Assembly (NCBI GenBank): GCA_900539865.1
Contig: UQDS01000001.1
Location: forward strand, 3,436-67,435
Direction of reading: 5' to 3'
Length of the DNA: 64,000 nucleotides
DNA from: an uncultured Mollicutes bacterium
GTDB lineage: Bacteria > Bacillota_I > Bacilli_A > RFN20 > CAG-288
Under the pieces are notes generated by a model. That model had not been told where the DNA came from. It made no database searches and saw only the letters and a list, made by a program, of their open reading frames with translations. Made by a program: the position numbers and the translations under genes. Below, piece after piece: positions 57,070 through 64,000 of this stretch. Positions within the stretch are counted from its first letter, which is position 1; the number at the start of each line of letters is the position of its first letter.

Positions 57070-58736
57070 TGACCGCTATCCCTGGTTTCCTTGCGAAGTA
57101 AAAGAGCTTGTTTTCTTGCGGCATCCGTAAGCTTTGTTCCAGAAAGCATCTTAGCAACAACAGAGATAATTTCTTCTTCGGAAAGGGAACGGGCGGTCGA
57201 GTAAGTCATGTGCTTTACTTCGTCGATAACTTTTTTGATTTCGATAGCACTCTTTGCACTTGCAACTACTTGAGGGAGGTGGGAAATCACCAGCACTTGA
57301 CTGTCTTTGGAAATGCTTTTGATTTTTTCAGCGACAAGCAAAGCTTGTTTTCCCGAGATTCCGGTATCGATTTCATCTAAAATCATCAAATCATAGGGGT
57401 GGAGTCGATTCAAAACGACCTTTAAAGCTAACATCAAGCGAGAGGCTTCACCTCCGCTTGCCGCCTTGGCAAGACTTGCCTTATCTATACCTGCGTTAAA
57501 CTCGACGATAAATGCGCAGTGATCGATTCCTTTTTCATAGAGTTCAACTTCTTCTAATACAACAGTTAAAGCCTGTTTTCTCAGACCTAAATCCGATGCT
57601 TCTAAAGAGATCAGTTGGCCTAATTTCAAAGCGTATTTTTCGCGCGCTAAATGCAACTGATAAGCAAAGGTCATCGCATTCTCTTTTAAAACCTTCACCT
57701 CTTCTTCTAAATTTGCCTTTCTTTCTTCATAAGTATCGATAAAAGAGAGTTTTACTTTGTATTCTTCTAACTTAGAAAGAATGTCCGCAGTGCTCTTTCC
57801 ATACTTGCGTTGCAAGCCTTTTAACGAGAAAAGGCGCTCGTTGATCTCATCGATTCGCTCGGGATTCAACACTAGATTTTCATAGCTCTCTGTCAAATTA
57901 TCTAAGCTGAGCAAAAGAGAGCGAATCCCGTCATTAGACTCTTTTGCTTCCAGATCTAAGGAAGTTCCTTCTAAACTCTTCAAGCGGTTAGAAAGCAGTG
58001 ATAATTGATCTTTTATCGAGATGTTAGATGCGTGCATCGCCTCGATTACATGCTGATAATTATCTTGTAATTTACTGATTTCTTTCAGCGATTCAAACTC
58101 TTCGTTCAATCGTTCAATCTCTTCTTCTTCTAAGTGATATTTTTCGATTTCTGCAATTTGAAACGCGAGATAATCGCGGTCGTTTTCTTTGCTGTTGGAG
58201 ATGAGTTTTTGATACTCGGCAAAGGTCATTTGATATTTTTCATATGCTTTTTGGAATTTGATTTTTGCTTTTTGAATCTCTTCTCCCCCAAAAATATCAA
58301 GATATTCTAATTGCATTTCTTCATTTAAAATATCATTTCTCTGGTTTTGAGAATGAATGTCGATTAAGTGGGAAGAAATTTGTTTTAATGTACCTGTAGA
58401 AACAGCTTCATCATTGATAAAACAGCGGGAGGATTTATCTGGATTTAAAACTCTTTTTAAAGAGACAAATCCATTTTCATCCACAAAATCACGAATTTGA
58501 GGATTCTTTGTTACATATTCTTTTTCCACTTGAAATAAAGCGTAAACAATTGCTTTTTTGCTCTTGTCTCGCAACAGAGAAAAATCCGCTCTTTCCCCTT
58601 CTAATAAGGTGAAAGATGCGACGATTAAGGATTTACCAGCGCCAGTTTCACCTACCAAAGAAACATAGGAGGAATCAAAAGTGAGCTTAGCATCTTCGAT
58701 GACAGCTAAATTGGAAATTTCTAATTCTTTAATCAT
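57066..58736 (-). CDS. recN: DNA repair protein RecN
   Basis: LVGETGAGKSLI Walker A, SMC-like coiled coil, signature/Walker B at the C-terminus. ATG 58736 with a GAGGAG RBS embedded in the last dxs codons; the ORF-track extension is rejected. Confidence 0.85.
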   Translation of the reverse strand: MIKELEISNLAVIEDAKLTFDSSYVSLVGETGAGKSLIVASFTLLEGERADFSLLRDKSKKAIVYALFQVEKEYVTKNPQIRDFVDENGFVSLKRVLNPDKSSRCFINDEAVSTGTLKQISSHLIDIHSQNQRNDILNEEMQLEYLDIFGGEEIQKAKIKFQKAYEKYQMTFAEYQKLISNSKENDRDYLAFQIAEIEKYHLEEEEIERLNEEFESLKEISKLQDNYQHVIEAMHASNISIKDQLSLLSNRLKSLEGTSLDLEAKESNDGIRSLLLSLDNLTESYENLVLNPERIDEINERLFSLKGLQRKYGKSTADILSKLEEYKVKLSFIDTYEERKANLEEEVKVLKENAMTFAYQLHLAREKYALKLGQLISLEASDLGLRKQALTVVLEEVELYEKGIDHCAFIVEFNAGIDKASLAKAASGGEASRLMLALKVVLNRLHPYDLMILDEIDTGISGKQALLVAEKIKSISKDSQVLVISHLPQVVASAKSAIEIKKVIDEVKHMTYSTARSLSEEEIISVVAKMLSGTKLTDAARKQALLLRKETRDSGQ

Positions 58737-60510
58737 CTTTTTTCTCCTCATTGAAGAAGCAAAGAGCATCTTCTACGCTGACACCATTTGCTTCATACAC
58801 TTTATCTAACGGACCAAAATCGTAAAATTTTTCAGAAAGTGTCTTTGCTTTATATTGGCCTTGGTACTGCATTTTAAATAATATTTTTTGTAAATTTAAG
58901 GAAACGCCATTTTCATTAGAATAGGGATCGTAAAAATAGATTTGTTCATAAGGATAGAGGGAGATCATTTCTTGAGGGTTTAAATCGACAAGTATCCCTT
59001 TATCTCCAGGAAGCGTTAAGCGACTTAACGCCTGATATCCCATCACACCTACGGCAAGATATAACACTTTACTCTGGTTCTCTTTTTGTAAGTAGGAAAT
59101 GGGCAATGCCATCTTTAAATCAGTAGAGGAAACCCTATTCTCTTTGCTTAAACGGATGAAATCTAAATGTTTTTTCTCTTTCGTAGACATTGTCAAAAGA
59201 TCTTGAAGACTCTCTCTATCATAGGGCATATAAAGGCGGGCGTTTGGAACCGCTCTTAACAAGGGAACATCAAAGATACCCTGATGAGAGGAACCGTCTT
59301 CGCCGACAAGCGAAGCTCTTTCCAAGAGAAAAGTACCGGTCAAATTCTGTCTTGAAAAGTTTTCAATCACCTCATCCATGCAGCGCTGTAAAAAAGTAGA
59401 ATAAATATCGACAACCGGATGAAAACCTTTTAAAGCGAGACCAGAGGCCACAGCCATAGCATCTTCTTCCGCAATTCCAACGTCTAAAGTGCGCTGAGGA
59501 TAAGCAGTAAAAATCTCCGTCAAGGAAGACGACGTTTCCATCGCTGGAGTGAGAAGATACAAGTCTTGCTCTCTTTTCATCAAGGAGAGAAGAATATCTT
59601 TTTTATAAATGGAAAATGTGTCCGCATTCTCTTTGGCAAATCCCTTTTTCACACCGTGGAACAAGCCGATATGATCTTCTTCGCTGGGAAGATAACCCAT
59701 ACCTTTCTTTGTCATGATTTCTAAGATGACAGGACCTTTTTTCATCGCTTTTTTTGCTTTTTTAAAAGCGATGTTCAAACCGAGTAAGTCGTGTCCTTCG
59801 AAAGGTCCTAAATAAGTGAGTCCATACATTTGAAAACGTTCGGTAAGAGGATAATCTCGCAAGAGTTTTGCTTGTTTTTCTTCTAAATATTTTGACCAAT
59901 TTTCTTCCGAATACAATTTTTGTCCCTCATCAGAAAGGCGATAAGCGATCATTTCATCTCGAATTTGAGCCAACATCGTTAAACGGCTATCTTTACTCTC
60001 CTTGATCGCCATCGCGTTAGAGTTGACAATCAATAAGAAATTATCCAATTCTTTATGTTCGCTTAAAAGACTCAGCGCTTCTTGCGCTAAACCGTTATTC
60101 AAAGAGGCGTCGCCAACCACAACAATGGTCGCACTTTCTTCACCCTTTAAATGTTTGGCAAGGGACATGCCCAAAGCCGTGGGAAGACTATCTCCGCTAT
60201 GCCCGTTATCATATTTGTCTGCTTTACTCTCCTTGCGAAGAGAAAATGGTGCAATTCCTTGATATTGTCTTAAATGCTCTAATGATCTTCCAGTGAGTAA
60301 CTTATAAGCGTAGGTCTGATGCCCAACATCAAAAAGGATGTCATTTTCATAAGGATCAAAGGCTTCTAACAGCGAATAAGTTGTCTCAACCATGCCTAAA
60401 TTAGAGGAGAGATGTCCACCGTTTTGATAGCAGCCAAAAAGGATCTTCTCACGAAGAGAAGCGCATTCTTTTTGCGCGCTGTTTAAGTGGAATCTCTTGT
60501 TCGTCTTCAT
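58729..60510 (-). CDS. dxs: 1-deoxy-D-xylulose-5-phosphate synthase
   Basis: NGGHLSSNLGMVE...DVGHQTYAYKLLTGR TPP-binding N-terminus; 593 aa. Confidence 0.85.
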   Translation of the reverse strand: MKTNKRFHLNSAQKECASLREKILFGCYQNGGHLSSNLGMVETTYSLLEAFDPYENDILFDVGHQTYAYKLLTGRSLEHLRQYQGIAPFSLRKESKADKYDNGHSGDSLPTALGMSLAKHLKGEESATIVVVGDASLNNGLAQEALSLLSEHKELDNFLLIVNSNAMAIKESKDSRLTMLAQIRDEMIAYRLSDEGQKLYSEENWSKYLEEKQAKLLRDYPLTERFQMYGLTYLGPFEGHDLLGLNIAFKKAKKAMKKGPVILEIMTKKGMGYLPSEEDHIGLFHGVKKGFAKENADTFSIYKKDILLSLMKREQDLYLLTPAMETSSSLTEIFTAYPQRTLDVGIAEEDAMAVASGLALKGFHPVVDIYSTFLQRCMDEVIENFSRQNLTGTFLLERASLVGEDGSSHQGIFDVPLLRAVPNARLYMPYDRESLQDLLTMSTKEKKHLDFIRLSKENRVSSTDLKMALPISYLQKENQSKVLYLAVGVMGYQALSRLTLPGDKGILVDLNPQEMISLYPYEQIYFYDPYSNENGVSLNLQKILFKMQYQGQYKAKTLSEKFYDFGPLDKVYEANGVSVEDALCFFNEEKKDD

Positions 60511-60711
60511 TTAATTTTCAATAGAGTCTGTAACTTCGCTCATCAATTTATTGAGTTTTTCTTCCATCTGTTTGATCAAGCTCATTCCCTCTTTGTAATA
60601 TTTGCTTGCCTCATCTAAACCCAACGAGGGATTTGTCATTTTTTCTAAGATGGTATTTACTTCTTCCTGTAATTGTTGATAGGTTTTTTCTTCCGTTACT
60701 TTCTTAGGCAT
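60511..60711 (-). CDS. xseB: Exodeoxyribonuclease VII small subunit
   Basis: 66 aa; ...LEEASKYYKEGMSLIKQ... matches the XseB helical fold; follows xseA. Confidence 0.75.
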   Translation of the reverse strand: MPKKVTEEKTYQQLQEEVNTILEKMTNPSLGLDEASKYYKEGMSLIKQMEEKLNKLMSEVTDSIEN

Positions 60712-60722
60712 AAATCTCTCCT

Positions 60723-61997
60723 TTAATCAATTTTTGCTTTTCTTCGACCATCTTGATAAGTGATATCAATCACATCGCCTTTTTCTAATTGTTGAATAGA
60801 TGTGATCTTCTTACCATCTTTTAACACCAACGCCAAGCCGCGCTTGGCATAAGTGTCTGGATTGTTACCTTCCAATATTGCTTTTGCTTGTTCTAATTGA
60901 GAAGAATGAAGTTCAAGGCGGTGTTTCATCTTATTTTTAAAATCGTCCTTTAATTCAGAACAGGTGTAAAGATTTTGTTGAACTTTACTTAAGTACAATT
61001 TAGAAAAAGTATTTTGCAAAGTGCGTAACGACTGCTTTTCTTTTTTTAGAGTATTCTTAGGACTGTAGGCTTCGAGACGCTTGGTAAGCTGGTTTAAGGA
61101 AAGAACTTCGTTTTGTAAAAGGTTAAAATATTCTTTGTTATAGATATCCTTACTTGCTTGAATTTCCAACCGAGTATCTGCAAGACTAGGGTTGATCAAG
61201 GAGGCACCCTCGGTCGGTGTGATCGCTTGTGCATCGCTGACACGATCAGCAATCGCAGTATCAATTGTATGGCCAATACATGTGATAATCGGAATCGGCG
61301 AAGAAGCGATTGTCAAAGCGACAAGCTCATCATCAAAACACGCTAGGTCAGTTTTAGATCCACCACCTCTTCCTAATAAAATGACATCGAAGTCTCCTAA
61401 GAAGGCTCTCTTTAACTGTTTGACAATGCTTTTTGCAGCCTCTTCCCCTTGGACGACAGTAGGAAATAAGACCGTATCGCAGGGAAAACGTTCGTGCAGT
61501 GTTTTTAAGATATCTTGATAGGCGGCACCAGTGGCGGCAGTCAAAATAGCAACTTTTTTACAGTATTTAGGAATTGGCTTTTTTTGCTTTGGGTCTAAAT
61601 ATCCGAGTTTATCTAATTTTTCAAGCGTCTTTTTCTTGGCCAATAAAGCCTTTCCTAACTGGCTTTGTAAGACTTTTACCTCTTTTCCCCAAAAGGTCAA
61701 CGATGACCCGTGAGCATAATAAGAAAGGGAACCTGAGATCTCAATCACGTCACCAACTTTGATCTCTTCTAAACCTAAATCATTCCCATAATAATTGCTA
61801 AATGCGCATTTTAAAATGGGAGAGTTACTCTCTTTATGCCCTTGGTCACCCAAATTGATATAAGAGAACTTTCCCAATTTGATAGAATAAACTTCACCAT
61901 AAACACGCAAAGAGGAGAAACTAGGATGCGAGAAGACCTCTTTGATGATATTGGCTAATTGTGAAACGGAAAATGCTTCAGTTTCCCTTGTATTCAT
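60723..61997 (-). CDS. xseA: Exodeoxyribonuclease VII large subunit
   Basis: N-terminal OB fold (SVSQLANIIKEVF...VYGEVYS) plus catalytic core; nusB-xseA-xseB-dxs-...-recN order as in B. subtilis, minus folD/ispA/tlyA/argR. Confidence 0.8.
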   Translation of the reverse strand: MNTRETEAFSVSQLANIIKEVFSHPSFSSLRVYGEVYSIKLGKFSYINLGDQGHKESNSPILKCAFSNYYGNDLGLEEIKVGDVIEISGSLSYYAHGSSLTFWGKEVKVLQSQLGKALLAKKKTLEKLDKLGYLDPKQKKPIPKYCKKVAILTAATGAAYQDILKTLHERFPCDTVLFPTVVQGEEAAKSIVKQLKRAFLGDFDVILLGRGGGSKTDLACFDDELVALTIASSPIPIITCIGHTIDTAIADRVSDAQAITPTEGASLINPSLADTRLEIQASKDIYNKEYFNLLQNEVLSLNQLTKRLEAYSPKNTLKKEKQSLRTLQNTFSKLYLSKVQQNLYTCSELKDDFKNKMKHRLELHSSQLEQAKAILEGNNPDTYAKRGLALVLKDGKKITSIQQLEKGDVIDITYQDGRRKAKID

Positions 61998-62409
61998 AGG
62001 CAGGAATCGCTTTGTCTAAAAGCGCATTTACAAAACGATGATCGTTTTCCTTTAAAAAGTTTTTGGCGATGGTAACCGCTTCGTTGATGACAACTTTACG
62101 CGGTGCTTTCTTTAAGTAAAGTCCTTCTGTCAAAGCGACAAAAAGGATACCTTTACAAACATTGTCCAATCGATCAAAAGTCCAATTGACAAGATGGTCG
62201 GAAATGACTTTTTTAATCTCGTCAAAGTGATCTAAACCTAAGGCGTAAACAAGTTGTGAAAAGACCGGGCATTCTTTGTAAGTATCCACATCGTAAATCA
62301 TTGTGAGAATTTCCGTTGCATCATATTCTTCTTTGTTTTCGATATAAAGAAAGACCTGATAAAAGGCCTGCATTGTTTTGATTCGTTCATCTCTGCGCGA
62401 ATATTCCAT
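61978..62409 (-). CDS. nusB: Transcription antitermination factor NusB
   Basis: 143 aa; RxxARxxALQ-like N-terminus and ...FVNALLDKA... C-terminal block. Confidence 0.8.
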   Translation of the reverse strand: MEYSRRDERIKTMQAFYQVFLYIENKEEYDATEILTMIYDVDTYKECPVFSQLVYALGLDHFDEIKKVISDHLVNWTFDRLDNVCKGILFVALTEGLYLKKAPRKVVINEAVTIAKNFLKENDHRFVNALLDKAIPAYEYKGN

Positions 62410-62417
62410 AATTCACC

Positions 62418-62987
62418 TCACTGTTCTATTTCGAAATTATTCAACCGTCTGCGGGCAAAAAACAAATAGAGATATACCCCTAAAAATAACCCGTGACAAA
62501 CCATCAAGAAGACCATTTCCAACACAGATAAGCTTAACTGTGTAACATGTAACGAAGATAAGATGATTGCAATCATCGCACAGATTGTGTCTACAGCGTA
62601 AATAGTTAACGCAAGCAAGGGCATAATCTTCTTTCCTTTGATCATCGCAGAGGATAAAAGAATAAACCCGATGACTAAGACAATCGTGATGACAGCGGAT
62701 ACTGTGGTAAGTCCTTTGGCATCGTTGTTACCATTAGCAAAAAGGATACTTGTCAAAGTTGAACTTCCGTACATCATGCTAAAGCCAAAGCCGTTGGTGA
62801 AGACCATATTTACTTCATCGAGTTTAAGAAAAGACTGTAACAAAATCTGTCCTACCGCATGAAAAACAGGAATTGCCATGCCGATGGTACAAAAGATGTC
62901 AAAGCGTTTTTTTAAGGCTTGAAACGTTGCGCTTTCCATGTTATTTCTTCTGAACGAAGCCGAGAACAATGACGTTGACTTTGACAT
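62418..62987 (-). CDS. Hypothetical polytopic membrane protein (4-5 TM); start possibly 62939 (MESATFQ...) to avoid overlapping the upstream gene
   Basis: Hydrophobic helices only; no recognisable motifs. Confidence 0.4.
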   Translation of the reverse strand: MSKSTSLFSASFRRNNMESATFQALKKRFDIFCTIGMAIPVFHAVGQILLQSFLKLDEVNMVFTNGFGFSMMYGSSTLTSILFANGNNDAKGLTTVSAVITIVLVIGFILLSSAMIKGKKIMPLLALTIYAVDTICAMIAIILSSLHVTQLSLSVLEMVFLMVCHGLFLGVYLYLFFARRRLNNFEIEQ

Positions 62988-63282
62988 TGCTTATTTCGGT
63001 AATTTCGTATATTTCATCATAAATCGACTGCTGGATAAGGCCTGTAGCAGAATTAGCAATTTGACCAGCATACATAAAGATTTCAACATTAACATTGATT
63101 TTGTTTCTCTTATCAATCTCACAAAGTACCTTGCAGGTCTTTCTTCCGCTCTTCAAGCAAATCGTATCTTTTAATTCGTTGCTAACTAATTTATCCAATG
63201 TGTTTTTAGCAGCTTGAACGAAGACATCGGAAGCGATGTTCATTGTAGAACCGAATGCGGTTTTTGTCGTGTAATAAGTCAT
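62941..63282 (-). CDS. Asp23/Gls24-family (alkaline shock protein-like; YqhY-like) protein
   Basis: 113 aa, matching the Asp23 fold pattern; B. subtilis yqhY precedes nusB, as here. Confidence 0.6.
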   Translation of the reverse strand: MTYYTTKTAFGSTMNIASDVFVQAAKNTLDKLVSNELKDTICLKSGRKTCKVLCEIDKRNKINVNVEIFMYAGQIANSATGLIQQSIYDEIYEITEISNVKVNVIVLGFVQKK

Positions 63283-63291
63283 AAGTCCTCC

Positions 63292-64000
63292 TTAATTTTG
63301 TTTGACGCCCTTCATCGAAAGGCTGATGCGGTTTCTCTTTAAATCGACATCAATCACTTTGACCTTGACAATATCTCCAGGTTTACCTTCTGTATGTGGG
63401 TCACTGACAAAGTGATTTGCAATCTCAGAAAGGTGAACAAGTCCGTTGATTTCTACACCTAAGTCGACGAAGAAACCAAAGCCAGTGACATTGCGAATCG
63501 TACCTTCTAAAATCATGCCGACTTTGATGTCTTTGATATCGGTGACACCATCGGTAAGCTTTGCCGTTCTCGTGCTTTCACGAGGATCGCGGCTTGGCTG
63601 AATCAATTCTTTTACAATATCTTTCAACGTAGGGTAACCGACATTTAAATTGTTTGCCATCAAGCGGATGTCGTCATCGTTTAATTTCTTCAAGCTCTCA
63701 ATTTTTTCTTCCGTTGTTTTACCAGAGGCTGTCTTTAAGACTTCCTTTGCAAAGCGATAAGACTCCGGGTGAACCGCAGTGTTATCCAAAGGCTCTAAGC
63801 TTTCTGGAATTCTTAAAAAGCCGGCGCAGTTCGTGAAAGCTTTCGGACCAAGGCCGCTGACCTTCAAGAGATCATTACGGCAACGGAAGGCACCATTTTC
63901 TTCACGGAAAGAAACAATATTGTCCGCGACTTTTGAAGAAATACCAGATACATAGCTGAGCAAAGACGCAGAAGCAGTATTTAAATTGACACCGACATAG
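63292..64000 (-). CDS. tex: Tex (YqgF/S1-domain transcription accessory protein), C-terminal portion; ORF open to the window edge
   Basis: HhH region (...LLSYVSGISSKVADNIVSFREENGAFRCRNDLLKVSGLGPKAF...) and a C-terminal S1 domain (GMILEGTIRNVTGFGFFVDLG...GLVHLSEI...KPGDIVKVKVIDVD). Confidence 0.8.
   Translation of the reverse strand, partial: YVGVNLNTASASLLSYVSGISSKVADNIVSFREENGAFRCRNDLLKVSGLGPKAFTNCAGFLRIPESLEPLDNTAVHPESYRFAKEVLKTASGKTTEEKIESLKKLNDDDIRLMANNLNVGYPTLKDIVKELIQPSRDPRESTRTAKLTDGVTDIKDIKVGMILEGTIRNVTGFGFFVDLGVEINGLVHLSEIANHFVSDPHTEGKPGDIVKVKVIDVDLKRNRISLSMKGVKQN

Overview
Low-GC (~38-40%) Firmicutes/Mollicutes-type chromosome segment read in the standard genetic code (TGA is a stop; adjacent genes overlap as ATGA). 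It is densely packed and overwhelmingly housekeeping, with no rRNA, tRNA, CRISPR or obvious mobile element. Gene order forms a patchwork of Bacillus subtilis-like synteny blocks: ruvB-secDF-recJ; ftsQ-like/ftsA-like/ftsZ; pheST; thyX-ylbN(DUF177) then mraZ-rsmH-ftsL; thrS-glcK-pyk (minus strand); dnaB-like/dnaI-like; ybeY::cdd-era-recO-glyQS-dnaG-sigA-trmK-nif3; ispH; apt-relA; cshA-aspS-hisS (minus strand); ispG; rpmG-efp-yneF; plsY/parE-parC; yqeH-nadD'::yqeK-rsfS-mtnN; and a long minus-strand block tex-asp23-nusB-xseAB-dxs-recN-dinB-xerD-deoB. Several genes present in the B. subtilis arrangements are missing here: queA/tgt/yajC, dgkA, ispA/tlyA/argR, and all pbp/mur genes of the dcw cluster. 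I found no clear-cut novel multi-gene system. The notable items are (i) an orphan C39-peptidase-plus-TMD protein with no ABC ATPase, (ii) a DnaI-like helicase loader with no recognisable Walker A/B, (iii) apparent YbeY::Cdd and degenerate-NadD::YqeK fusions, (iv) a 530-bp convergent intergenic region carrying five or more copies of a TAGTACTA-centred motif between two terminators, and (v) a truncated dcw cluster with ftsQAZ displaced.
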